Below, piece by piece: positions 32,964 to 42,885 of a stretch of 64,000 bases of DNA. The translations under genes and the position numbers were made by a program. The DNA lies in the NCBI GenBank assembly GCA_902796885.1, contig CADBQY010000077.1:126-64125 (forward strand). The letters are read 5' to 3'. The notes under the pieces are model-generated. The model saw nothing but the letters and a program-made list of their open reading frames with translations. It was not told where the DNA came from and did no database searches. The stretch's first letter is position 1, and each line of letters starts with the position of its first letter. This DNA comes from an uncultured Planctomycetota bacterium. Its GTDB lineage: Bacteria; Planctomycetota; Planctomycetia; Pirellulales; Thermoguttaceae.

Positions 32964-34291
32964 TGAATCCCGAACTTGTGAACGGTCGTCTGACGATACG
33001 TTTCACCGGGATGGAGAATTGTATTCGGAAATGTCGGTTTGTTCGGAGAATCCGGGTAATGCTGAGCCTCCAGGCAGAAAGCAGTGTGCTGCTCGTACTT
33101 GTAATCCCCGACTCCGGTTGTGCCGTCAAGCCAGTTTCCGGAATAAAACTGAACGGCCGGTTCGGTCGTTTCAATTTCCATCGTCCGCCCCGATTTCGGA
33201 TCGGCGACAAACGCGCAAAAGCTTAGTTCCCCCTCCCGCGCCTTGTCGAGAACCAGGCAATGGTCAAAACCGCCGCGGAACCACGGATCGGTAATCTGAG
33301 CGATATCCCGCCCGATCGGCTTGGGAGTGCGGAAATCGAGCGGCGTCGATTCGACCGAAGCGACTTCGCCGGTCGGAATCAGCCCGTCATCGGTCGGCAG
33401 ATAGTGTGAGGCGCCGAGTTTCAGGACATGATCGAGAACCAAGCCTGATTGAGCGCCTCCCAGGTTCCAGAACGTGTGGTTTGTCAGGTTGAGCGGAGTC
33501 GCTTTGTCGCATGTGGCGGCGTACTCAATTGTCAGGGCATTGTCGTTTGAGAGAATATAACGGACCTCAACGGCCAGGTTTCCCGGATACCCTTCTTCCC
33601 CGTCCTTGGCGGTATAGGTCAGGCGGACTCCAACGCCGTTGTCGGTCATAAACGGTTCGGCATCCCAGATTTTCTGGTCAAAGCCGGAAAGCCCCCCGTG
33701 GAGCGCGTTGACACCGTCATTAACGGGGACCTGATACTCCGTCCCGTCAAGAGTGAACTTCCCCCGAGCGATCCGGTTTCCGAAACGGCCAACCAGGGAT
33801 CCGAAATAAGGACGAAACTGCTGATATTCGGCAACCGTGGCCAGATTACAGGAAATGTTGTCAAGCTTCCCGTCACGATCAGGGGTTTCCATGGAATAAA
33901 GAACCCCGCCGAAATTCAAGATCACGGCTTTCAACCCGTTGGCGTTGGTCAGCGTATAAGCCGTGACAGTTTTCCCCTCGTTGGTCTGTCCGAAAGGTGC
34001 GGATTGGTACCCCATCATCGTATATTCTCCCGTTTGATGCCTGCTGGAATTGTTAAAAACCTGCCGCATACACTGAACGCGGCCGCCGACTCCCGGATTA
34101 AAGATCGGGATCGGCATAAAACCGGAACCGAGCGTTGGAAAAATCGGTTCCGGAAGAAGCTGGTTTTGGTACTCTCCCGTTCGAACCGTCCCGGTAAAAA
34201 CCGGAGTCGGAAACAAATTTTGCGCCGACGTCATGGCAATGGCGCACAAGGCCAATACCAACGCCGCCGCCCCTGCATAACGAAACTTCAT
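32960..34291 (-). CDS. galM: aldose 1-epimerase (galactose mutarotase), secreted
   Basis: It has a signal peptide. The sequence GSLVGRFGNRIARGKFTLDGTEYQVPVNDGVNALHGG...LNLTNHTFWNL is classic for a mutarotase. Confidence 0.85.
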   Translation of the reverse strand: MKFRYAGAAALVLALCAIAMTSAQNLFPTPVFTGTVRTGEYQNQLLPEPIFPTLGSGFMPIPIFNPGVGGRVQCMRQVFNNSSRHQTGEYTMMGYQSAPFGQTNEGKTVTAYTLTNANGLKAVILNFGGVLYSMETPDRDGKLDNISCNLATVAEYQQFRPYFGSLVGRFGNRIARGKFTLDGTEYQVPVNDGVNALHGGLSGFDQKIWDAEPFMTDNGVGVRLTYTAKDGEEGYPGNLAVEVRYILSNDNALTIEYAATCDKATPLNLTNHTFWNLGGAQSGLVLDHVLKLGASHYLPTDDGLIPTGEVASVESTPLDFRTPKPIGRDIAQITDPWFRGGFDHCLVLDKAREGELSFCAFVADPKSGRTMEIETTEPAVQFYSGNWLDGTTGVGDYKYEQHTAFCLEAQHYPDSPNKPTFPNTILHPGETYRQTTVHKFGIQ

Positions 34292-34790
34292 CTCTGCTCT
34301 CCGTCAAAAGAGTTCGGGTATTCCCCAAGGCGTGTACCGCGGCGGAAAAAGAAAGCCGCGAAGTTTTTCGTGGTCTCTTCCCCCCTGAATTATATCTGAT
34401 TTTAATTGAGGAGACAAGCTTGCCGAAAACCGGCTTCAAATAAAGGGCGATTGTCTTAGGTACCGGTTTTTCCCGAAAATCGTCGGTTTACGGCTTCCGG
34501 CAACCGGAATGAAACGTTTTATCATCTGGATGACCGCCTCCGGAGAGGGTGACTCGCTCAACGACGGCAAACCGACAAAAGGAAAAATTTACCCAATCCC
34601 CCGTTTCAAAACATTCCGTTCTTCTTGCAGAGGTTTAAATTCCGGTTAAAATGGTCTCGTCGAGGGGGCGTAACCGGGAATGATTATGTTCTGCCTTAGA
34701 AAAGGTCGAGAGTTTGCTGTCCCCTTTCCTTAAGCGTAGAAAAACAGGAAAAAACTTTAAACTTGACCATCGCCTTAGAACCAGGAGCCT

Positions 34791-36971
34791 ATGATGAACC
34801 CTGATATTTCTCGAAATCACCCTCAGGATGCCGATAATCAGCCGAAAACCGCCTACGAAAAGCTCAATGCCCTCGCCCACAACATCTGGTGGACTTGGCA
34901 TCAGGATGTCGTCGGAATCTTCCAGACGATCGATCCGGTTCTCTGGCGAAACTTGGGTCACAACCCGATCGCCCTTTTAAAGCAGTTCACTCCGGAGGAA
35001 ATAGAGGCCCGCGCGCTTGATTTGGTCCTTCAGACACGAATCGACCAAGCCTACCGCCGGATGCGCGAGTATATGCGATCCCGTCCCCTTACGTCTCAGC
35101 AGTATACCGGCGTTCTCGGATCAAAACCGGTCGCCTACTTCTCGCTCGAATTCGGTCTCCATGAGTCTGTTCCCATCTATTCCGGCGGACTCGGAATTTT
35201 GGCGGGTGACCATATCAAAAGCGCCAGCGGTTTGGGAGTCCCTCTTGTCGCGGTCGGGCTTTTCTACGACCAGGGATATTTCCGTCAGTATCTTGACAAA
35301 GACGGTTGGCAGCGGGAAGAGTACGTGGACACAAAAGTCGAGTACGTTCCCCTCGAAACGGCGGTCGATAAAGATGGTAACAAAATCACGATTCAAGTCG
35401 AGACGACCAACGGCCCGATCTACGCCCGTGTCCGAAAGATACAAGTCGGCCGGGTGACTCTTTACCTGCTCGACACCGATCTGCCCGAAAACTCCAGTGA
35501 AGACCGCGAGTTAACCAGTACCCTGTATGGGGGTGACAAGCGCACCCGGATTCGTCAGGAAATTGTCTCGGGAATCGGCGGGGTCCGCGCCCTCCGCGCT
35601 CTGGGGATCACCCCCGGCGTCTACCACCTGAACGAGGGGCATAACGCGTTCGTCACTCTCGAGGTAATTCGCGAACTGATGGAAGACAACGGTCTGACGT
35701 TCGAAGACGCCGCGCGCGAAGTTGCCCAAAAGACGGTCTTTACTACCCACACCCCGGTCGAAGCGGGCCACGACTACTTCAGCAGCGACCTGATCAACGA
35801 ACATCTGGCGCCGCTGCGTCAGAAGTTGGGATTGACTCACGAGCAGCTCATGGCGCTCGGACGGAAGAACCCGTTCGACCAGAACGAACTGTTCTGCATG
35901 ACAATTCTCGGAATGAAACTCGCCCATTATGCCAACGCGGTCAGTTCCCTGCACGGGAAAGTGACCCGTCACATGTGGCGCAATCTCTGGCCTCAGACAC
36001 CCGAAGAGAACATTCCGATCGGACATATCACCAATGGAGTCCATGTCCCCAGCTGGATGGCCTGGCAGATGCGCGTTCTTCTTGAACGTCATATTCCCGG
36101 CTGGGACGAAGAATCGATCGATCCGGCCCTCTGGGCACAGGTCTACAACATTGATTCCGGCGAATTGTGGGAGACGCACAACGCGCTGAAGATGATCCTT
36201 CTCAACTTTGTGCGAACTCGTCTCTCCTCGCAACTGATTCGCCTGGAATCACCGCTCGACGAAATCGAACGTGCCAAACACGTCCTGAACCCGAACGCCC
36301 TGACAATCGGTTTCGGGCGCCGATTCGCCACCTACAAGCGGGCGACCCTCCTTTTCCAGGACATCGACCGTCTCGCACGAATTGTGAACGATCCGGCGCG
36401 TCCGGTTCAGTTCGTCTTCGCCGGGAAAGCGCATCCCGCCGACGAACCGGGAAAACGCCTGATCCGCGAGATTTCGCAGATCCGCAACGACGAACGGTTC
36501 GCCAACAAGGTCATTTTCATCGAAAACTACGATATCAACGTGGCTCGTCATATGGTTCAGGGTGTCGACGTCTGGCTCAACAACCCGCGCCGTCCCCTCG
36601 AAGCGTCCGGGACGAGCGGCCAAAAGGCGCTTCTGAACGGTGCGCTCAACTTCTCGGTTCTCGACGGCTGGTGGGCGGAAGCTTACGACGGCACAAACGG
36701 TTTTTCGATCGGAAACGGAACTCACCACATCTATGACGTGATCACTGACCAGCGCGACCAGGAATCGCTGATGGACGTTCTCGAGCACCAGGTGATCCCG
36801 ATGTATTACGACCGCGACAAATACGGCCTTCCCCGCACTTGGGTTCAGTACATGAAAAACTCGATCGCGACGCTCGCTTGGCGTTTCAGCGCTCACCGGA
36901 TGGTCGCCGACTACGTCCGACTCGCATATCTTCCCGCCGCCGGCGGGATCAGCGCCAAAATGCCGTACTGA
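34791..36971 (+). CDS. glgP: alpha-glucan phosphorylase (GT35)
   Basis: The motifs are YFSLEFGLHESVPIYSGGLGILAGDH, FTTHTPV and EASGTSGQKALLNGALNFSVLDGWW. Confidence 0.9.
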   Translation: MMNPDISRNHPQDADNQPKTAYEKLNALAHNIWWTWHQDVVGIFQTIDPVLWRNLGHNPIALLKQFTPEEIEARALDLVLQTRIDQAYRRMREYMRSRPLTSQQYTGVLGSKPVAYFSLEFGLHESVPIYSGGLGILAGDHIKSASGLGVPLVAVGLFYDQGYFRQYLDKDGWQREEYVDTKVEYVPLETAVDKDGNKITIQVETTNGPIYARVRKIQVGRVTLYLLDTDLPENSSEDRELTSTLYGGDKRTRIRQEIVSGIGGVRALRALGITPGVYHLNEGHNAFVTLEVIRELMEDNGLTFEDAAREVAQKTVFTTHTPVEAGHDYFSSDLINEHLAPLRQKLGLTHEQLMALGRKNPFDQNELFCMTILGMKLAHYANAVSSLHGKVTRHMWRNLWPQTPEENIPIGHITNGVHVPSWMAWQMRVLLERHIPGWDEESIDPALWAQVYNIDSGELWETHNALKMILLNFVRTRLSSQLIRLESPLDEIERAKHVLNPNALTIGFGRRFATYKRATLLFQDIDRLARIVNDPARPVQFVFAGKAHPADEPGKRLIREISQIRNDERFANKVIFIENYDINVARHMVQGVDVWLNNPRRPLEASGTSGQKALLNGALNFSVLDGWWAEAYDGTNGFSIGNGTHHIYDVITDQRDQESLMDVLEHQVIPMYYDRDKYGLPRTWVQYMKNSIATLAWRFSAHRMVADYVRLAYLPAAGGISAKMPY

Positions 36972-36989
36972 AATCAATCGAAAACTCCA

Positions 36990-37028
36990 AAGAGACGCCT
37001 CTCCCGAAAAGGAAAGGCGTCTCTTTTT
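36990..37028. terminator. bidirectional hairpin terminator between glgP and the aldo/keto reductase gene
   Basis: AAGAGACGCC (36990-36999) pairs with GGCGTCTCTT (37016-37025) and TTTTT follows. An A-run lies on the other side. Confidence 0.7.
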
Positions 37029-37031
37029 CGT

Positions 37032-38186
37032 TCATAAGCCGAATCGCGCCGCGGCGGCTCGCATTCTTTCGGCGACCGGAACGCCAAACGGACACCGTTT
37101 TTCACACTGTCCGCATGCCATGCAATCCGAGGCGTGGCGAACGAGGCCTTTGTAATGTTCCCGAATCGTTCCGGGAATTTCATTTGAAAACGACGCCAGA
37201 TCGGCCAACTTATTAACCATCGCCACGTCGATTTTTACCGGACAGGGCGCGCAATGTCCGCAATAGAGACACTGACCGGAATAGGCATGTTTTGGCGCGC
37301 AAGCCAGTACCGAAGCGTAGTCGAACGATTCCGGGGGTGCCGTCTCGTAAGCGACCGCCTCGTCGATATGTTTCGGCTCGCTAAACCCTGCCAAAACCGA
37401 AGCAACCGCCGGTCGGGTCAGCGCGTAATGGATACATTGCAGAGGAGTCAGCGCAACGCCGAACGGTGAACTCTTCTCCTTGAGCAGATTCCCGCCGCCG
37501 TAACACTTCATCACGGTCAGCGCCACTCCTTCCCGATCGCAAAAACGGTAAAAATCGTCTCTCTCCGGCTGAATAGCGCCCCCAAGCTTCGGATCGGCAT
37601 AAACGGCTTCCTCGAACATCGACATAATATCGGTGTTTGAAGGGAGGAGATCGAACGCGGGATTGACGCTGAAAAGAATGACATCGACCCAACCGCTGGC
37701 CGCCGCCATTTTCGCCGTTCGCGCGTCATGTGAACTTAAACCGATATAGCGGATTTTTCCCTCCTCTTTCAGCCGACGGGCGTAGTCGAAAACCCCGTCC
37801 CGAACGACGGCGTCGTACTCGTCGGGCGTATCGACGTAATGGATCATTCCGACGTCGATGTAATCGGTTTTCATTCGGCGAAGCAGGTCTTCGAAAAAGA
37901 ACTTGACCTTTTTCATGTCCCGGCTTTTTCCGTACTGTCCATTCTCCCAAACCGAACAGAGGTGTCCTTGCACAACCCATTTCTCGCGTCTCGGCGCGAT
38001 TGCCGCACCGATACGGTCACGCACCTCTGGATTTGACATAAAACAGTCGAGAATGTTGATTCCAAACTCCGCCGCGCGGTCAATCATCGACTTGACTGAC
38101 TCGGCGCTTTGCCGCTCCAACCATTCGCCGCCAAGTCCGATTTCGCTCACTTCAAGTCCGGTCCGTCCCAGAATACGGTATTTCAT
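37032..38186 (-). CDS. aldo/keto reductase with C-terminal 4Fe-4S ferredoxin-like domain
   Basis: The AKR N-terminus reads MKYRILGRTGLEVSEIGLGG. The C-terminal cysteine motifs are CLYCGHCAPCP and CMACGQCEKRCP. Confidence 0.8.
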   Translation of the reverse strand: MKYRILGRTGLEVSEIGLGGEWLERQSAESVKSMIDRAAEFGINILDCFMSNPEVRDRIGAAIAPRREKWVVQGHLCSVWENGQYGKSRDMKKVKFFFEDLLRRMKTDYIDVGMIHYVDTPDEYDAVVRDGVFDYARRLKEEGKIRYIGLSSHDARTAKMAAASGWVDVILFSVNPAFDLLPSNTDIMSMFEEAVYADPKLGGAIQPERDDFYRFCDREGVALTVMKCYGGGNLLKEKSSPFGVALTPLQCIHYALTRPAVASVLAGFSEPKHIDEAVAYETAPPESFDYASVLACAPKHAYSGQCLYCGHCAPCPVKIDVAMVNKLADLASFSNEIPGTIREHYKGLVRHASDCMACGQCEKRCPFGVPVAERMRAAAARFGL

Positions 38187-38208
38187 CTTTCGATTTTCCT
38201 TAAATGAA

Positions 38209-41200
38209 TTACGCCGTCCTGTTCCTCCGTCCGAAAAGCATCCGGATCACCGAATAGAAGACGGGGGTCAGGAATATCCCAAAGAGGGTGACGCCGATCA
38301 TTCCGCTGAAGACCGCCACGCCAAGGGTAAAACGCATTTCGTGCCCCGCACCGCTCGAAATCAGGAGCGGAACCACCCCCAAAATAAACGCCAGCGATGT
38401 CATAATGATCGGACGGAGCCGAATCCGGCAAGCCTCGGAGGCGGCTTCAAAGCGCGAAAGACCTTCGTCTTCTTTGACTTTGGCAAACTCGACGATCAAA
38501 ATCGCGTTTTTACACGCCAATCCCATCAGGACCAAAAAACCGATCTGTGTAAAAATGTTCATATCGAGGTCGCAGAGGATCACGCCGATCAACGAACAGA
38601 GCAGGCACATCGGCACGACCATAATAATCGCAAGCGGCAGGGTCCACGACTCGTAGAGCGCCGCCAAAACGAGAAACACAAAGACGATCGCGAAGAAGAA
38701 GGTCAGAATCGCGCTGTTTCCCGCGTTCTTCTCCAAGTAGGCCAGCTCGCACCATTCGTAGTTCATCGTATTTGGAAGCATTTCCTTGGCAAGGTCTTCC
38801 ATCACTTTCAGGCTTTCCCCCGAGCTGACTCCTTCGGCGGGGGCGCCGATAATCGCCGCCGAAGGATACATATTGAACCGGCTGACCGACTGCGGACCGT
38901 TAAAATCGCCGATCGTGATCAGACTCCCGAGAGGAACCATTCCTCCGCGTTCGCTCTTGATATGAATTCTGTTCAGATCGGTCTGATGGCTCCGGAACGG
39001 ACCGTCGGCCTGGACTTTCACTTGGAAGTTACGCCCGACGTAGGTCAGATCGTTCACATAATTTGAACCGAGATAAGTCTGAAACGCGTCGAAGATATCT
39101 TCGACCGGAATTCCCATCGCGATCGCCTTTTTCCGATCGATCGTGATAAACTTCTGCGGTGAGTTCGCTCGATACTGCGTCAGAACGTTTCGAAGTTTCG
39201 GGTCGGCGTTTGCCGCCTCAATCATCTCGTCGGCCATCTGCTGAAGAACATAGACCCCCATATCCCCGCGATCCTGCAACTGAAACTTGAATCCGCTCGA
39301 CGACCCCATCCCGTCGACCGGCGCCGGGCGGACCACACGGACGCTTGCCATCGTGATATTATCGTTCATTCGCCGCGTCAGTTCTTCCTGAACCATCACG
39401 TCGGTGATTCCCGACTTTTTCCGCTCCTCGAACGAATCGAGAATCACGGTCAGCGTCGCCATATTCGGCGAGGTGCTCGACGTCAAAAAAGACATCCCCA
39501 CCGTCGAAATCACGGTGCGGATTCCCGGTACCGGCTCGATCCCCTTCTCCTCGTTCCCGTAACATTGATCCTGAATCTGCCGAATCACCGCTTTTGTTCG
39601 ATCAAGGGATGAGGCGTCAGGGAGCTGGATAAACATCATCAGATATCCCCGATCCTGGATCGGAATGAATCCGGTCGGCACGTTGGTGAAAGTCTTGTAA
39701 GTCAGAAAGAGAAGCCCGCCGTATAGAAAAACCACAATCAGACTCAGACGGAGGAACCCTCTGACCAATTTCACGTAAGCCGCCGTCGTGGCGTTAAACG
39801 TAAAATTAAAAAGCCGGAAAAACGAACCGAATGTCAGATCCCCCAAACGAGCCAACACGCCCTTCGACTCGCCTTTCGGTTTGAGAAGGATGGCCGAAAG
39901 GGCCGGCGAAAGAGTAAGCGAATTGAACGCCGAGATCACCGTCGAAATGGCAATCGTCAGCGCGAACTGACGGAAGAACTGCCCCGTCACCCCCGAAAGG
40001 AACGCACACGGAACAAAGACACAGCAGAGAACCAGAGCGATCGCCACCAGGGCGCCCGAAACTTCGTCCATCGCCCGGCGCGCGGCCTCTTTGGCCGAAA
40101 GCCCTTCGCTCATGTGTCTCTCGACGTTTTCGACCACCACGATCGCGTCGTCGACGACGATGCCGATCGCCAAGACCAGACCGAAGAGAGAGAGATTGTT
40201 CAGACTGAACCCCAAAAGGGACATCACCGCGAAGGTTCCGATCAGCGAAACGGGAACCGCCAAAAGCGGAATCAGAGCGGCGCGCCACGACTGGAGGAAA
40301 AGAAGCACCACCAGCGCGACCAGAATCACCGCGTCGCGCAGCGTATGCTGCACCTCGGTTATCGACTCCTCGATAAACGGTGTGGTGTCGAAAACAATGG
40401 TGTATTTCACATCGGGGGGAAACTTCGCCCCAAGTTCAACCATCTTTTCCTTGACAACCCGAGCCGTGTCGAGAGCGTTGGCGTCTGGCAACTGCGAAAC
40501 GGCGAGCGTACACCCCGGCAACGCTCGGTAGACCTTCTCGGCGCTTACGTTCGCCGCGGACTGATATCGGGAATCGATGGTCGAAAGATTCCCATCCAGA
40601 AAGTTGACCACGTCGACCGATTTGGCGCCGACCTCGACGCGCGCCACATCTTTCAACAGGGTGATTCTCCCCTCGTCGTCCGCCTTGACGATGATATTTT
40701 CGAACGACTCCACGTCGGGCAGGCGTCCCTGCGTTCGGAGAATATACTGGAACATGACCGGATCGTCGAGCGGCTGCTGTCCCAGCTGACCGGCGGCGAC
40801 CTGAGTGTTCTGATTTTCAATGGCGTCGGCGATATCCTCGGCGGAAAGACGGCGTATCTGCATCTTATCCGGATCGAGCCAGATCCGCATGCTGTACTCC
40901 TTTTCCCCGTAGATCGACGTATCCCCCACCCCGGGCAGGCGCGCGATAACGTCGCGCACGTTCAGCCGGACATAGTTGCTCAGAAAGATCTGGTCGTAGA
41001 CCTCCGAAAAAAAGTTCACGTAGAGGATCGTCGTCGGACTCCGTTTTCGGGTTGTCACCCCGAGCGAACGGGTTACGGCGGGAAGTTTCGGCGTGGCGAC
41101 ACCGACGCGGTTCTGCACCAGAACCTGGGCCATATTCAGATCGGTTCCCACCTTAAAGGTCACAATGATGCGGCACATCCCGTCGTTTGTGCAGACCGAT

Positions 41201-41439
41201 TCCATATAGAGCATATCTTCCACGCCGTTGATCTGCTCTTCGAGCGGAATCGCCACCGTTTCGGAAAGGGTCTGAGCGTCGGCGCCGGGATACTGGGCGT
41301 TCACAAAAATCGTCGGCGGAGCGACGTTCGGATACTGAGCCTGGGGTAAACGATAGTAGGAGATCGCGCCGATAATGACGATAAGAATCGACAGCACGCT
41401 CGCGAAAATCGGTCGGTCAATAAAAAATCGGGCAAACAT
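38209..41439 (-). CDS. RND efflux transporter permease (AcrB/HAE1 family)
   Basis: This is a 1076-aa ORF starting MFARFFIDRPIFASVLSILIVIIGAISY, with typical 12-TM architecture. Confidence 0.9.
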   Translation of the reverse strand: MFARFFIDRPIFASVLSILIVIIGAISYYRLPQAQYPNVAPPTIFVNAQYPGADAQTLSETVAIPLEEQINGVEDMLYMESVCTNDGMCRIIVTFKVGTDLNMAQVLVQNRVGVATPKLPAVTRSLGVTTRKRSPTTILYVNFFSEVYDQIFLSNYVRLNVRDVIARLPGVGDTSIYGEKEYSMRIWLDPDKMQIRRLSAEDIADAIENQNTQVAAGQLGQQPLDDPVMFQYILRTQGRLPDVESFENIIVKADDEGRITLLKDVARVEVGAKSVDVVNFLDGNLSTIDSRYQSAANVSAEKVYRALPGCTLAVSQLPDANALDTARVVKEKMVELGAKFPPDVKYTIVFDTTPFIEESITEVQHTLRDAVILVALVVLLFLQSWRAALIPLLAVPVSLIGTFAVMSLLGFSLNNLSLFGLVLAIGIVVDDAIVVVENVERHMSEGLSAKEAARRAMDEVSGALVAIALVLCCVFVPCAFLSGVTGQFFRQFALTIAISTVISAFNSLTLSPALSAILLKPKGESKGVLARLGDLTFGSFFRLFNFTFNATTAAYVKLVRGFLRLSLIVVFLYGGLLFLTYKTFTNVPTGFIPIQDRGYLMMFIQLPDASSLDRTKAVIRQIQDQCYGNEEKGIEPVPGIRTVISTVGMSFLTSSTSPNMATLTVILDSFEERKKSGITDVMVQEELTRRMNDNITMASVRVVRPAPVDGMGSSSGFKFQLQDRGDMGVYVLQQMADEMIEAANADPKLRNVLTQYRANSPQKFITIDRKKAIAMGIPVEDIFDAFQTYLGSNYVNDLTYVGRNFQVKVQADGPFRSHQTDLNRIHIKSERGGMVPLGSLITIGDFNGPQSVSRFNMYPSAAIIGAPAEGVSSGESLKVMEDLAKEMLPNTMNYEWCELAYLEKNAGNSAILTFFFAIVFVFLVLAALYESWTLPLAIIMVVPMCLLCSLIGVILCDLDMNIFTQIGFLVLMGLACKNAILIVEFAKVKEDEGLSRFEAASEACRIRLRPIIMTSLAFILGVVPLLISSGAGHEMRFTLGVAVFSGMIGVTLFGIFLTPVFYSVIRMLFGRRNRTA

Positions 41440-41496
41440 ATGGTCTGAATCCTCTCCGGGCGAAAGACTAAAGGGAAAAAAGGACGGCTTGAAAAT

Positions 41497-42756
41497 CTAC
41501 ATCCCTTGACGAAGTTTTTCGAGCGTCGTCTCCTTCGCTTCCACATCGGCGTCGGGACGCAGACGCAACAGACCGCTGACAATCACCTCGTCGGTCGGTT
41601 CAATTCCGCTGCGAACCACACGCATATTGTCTTCCTGCAAAGGTCCGAGTTCCGGACGGCGAACACGCGCTTTTCCCTCGGCATCTTTGACATAGAGGAT
41701 TCGCGTTCCCTGTTCCGTTCCGAACGCTTCTTCCGGAACCAGGAGCGCCGAATAGCGGCCGGTCACCGGAATACGGATATGAACCATCATTCCCGGTATG
41801 ATCTCGCTGATCCCGCCGTCGCTAATCGGAGGATTCGGACAAACGGCCCGAAGAAGAACGGTTCCCGACGATTCGTCCATCTGGGGATCCGCATACCGGA
41901 CCGATCCGGCGTGAAGCGGGTTCCCCGCTTCGTCGGTCCATGATTTTTCGTTGGTCAGCCGAAACTCGATTTTCAATTCTTCCGGAGTTTCGCCGACGGC
42001 GACCTGGCTTTTCGCGTTTTCGATCAGCTTCAGAAATGTCGTCTCATCGACGTAGAAAAAGACGTAGATCGGATCGTGCGAGACGATCTGCGCCAGCTCG
42101 GTTTTGTGATCTTGGATCAGGTTCCCCTCGGTCACCAGTTTACGGGAAATATACCCGTCGATCGGGGAAAAGATTTTCGTATATTTCAAATTAATCGACG
42201 CTTGCTGCGCCTCGGCGGTCGCCTTGAGAATATCGGCTTCGGCCTTGGTGATCTTTGCCAAGCATTCGTCGTGCGCGGCTTTCGCTTCGTCGTAATCGGA
42301 TTTCGAAACCGCGTTGGCCTGAACCAGTTTGGCGTTCCGGTCGAGTTCAATCCGAAGTTGCGGCTCGCGCGCTCTGAGAACCGTCAATTCCCCTTTCGCG
42401 CTTTCGAGGTTACCGATGGCTGTATCGAGCGCGGCCTGATAGACTTCCGGCTCAATTTCAAACAGGACTTCGTCTTTTTTGACAAACGCCCCCTCGGCAA
42501 AATCGCATTTCGTCAGAATCCCGGAAACCTGAGCTTGGAGTGTAACGTAATTCACCGCGTTCGTATTGCCGGTAAACTCCTCGTAATCGATAACGTCTCG
42601 GCGCAGGGGACGCATCGTCTCGACCGAAACGGGAGGCCGTCTCGCTTCGGCCCCCCCTTCTTTCTTCCCCATCATCTTGTCCCAGAGGTCGCACCCCGTA
42701 AAAAGGAGGACTCCGAGAGAAATCATCATGCCAAACAAACAACTGCGATTGAACAT
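41497..42756 (-). CDS. RND efflux periplasmic adaptor (MFP), lipoprotein
   Basis: A lipobox (LLFTGC) follows ATG 42756. A coiled-coil hairpin and barrel motifs are present. The gene lies directly upstream of the RND pump gene. Confidence 0.85.
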   Translation of the reverse strand: MFNRSCLFGMMISLGVLLFTGCDLWDKMMGKKEGGAEARRPPVSVETMRPLRRDVIDYEEFTGNTNAVNYVTLQAQVSGILTKCDFAEGAFVKKDEVLFEIEPEVYQAALDTAIGNLESAKGELTVLRAREPQLRIELDRNAKLVQANAVSKSDYDEAKAAHDECLAKITKAEADILKATAEAQQASINLKYTKIFSPIDGYISRKLVTEGNLIQDHKTELAQIVSHDPIYVFFYVDETTFLKLIENAKSQVAVGETPEELKIEFRLTNEKSWTDEAGNPLHAGSVRYADPQMDESSGTVLLRAVCPNPPISDGGISEIIPGMMVHIRIPVTGRYSALLVPEEAFGTEQGTRILYVKDAEGKARVRRPELGPLQEDNMRVVRSGIEPTDEVIVSGLLRLRPDADVEAKETTLEKLRQGM

Positions 42757-42885
42757 AACCGTACTCACCGGGATCGGGTAAAGGAATTCGCCTCCTAGCA
42801 TTGTTCTCCGGATATATTATAGTCGGACACTCACTCCGAAACAACATTCGGATCGGGTACATTCCCCGCAACGACGTTTGCGGCT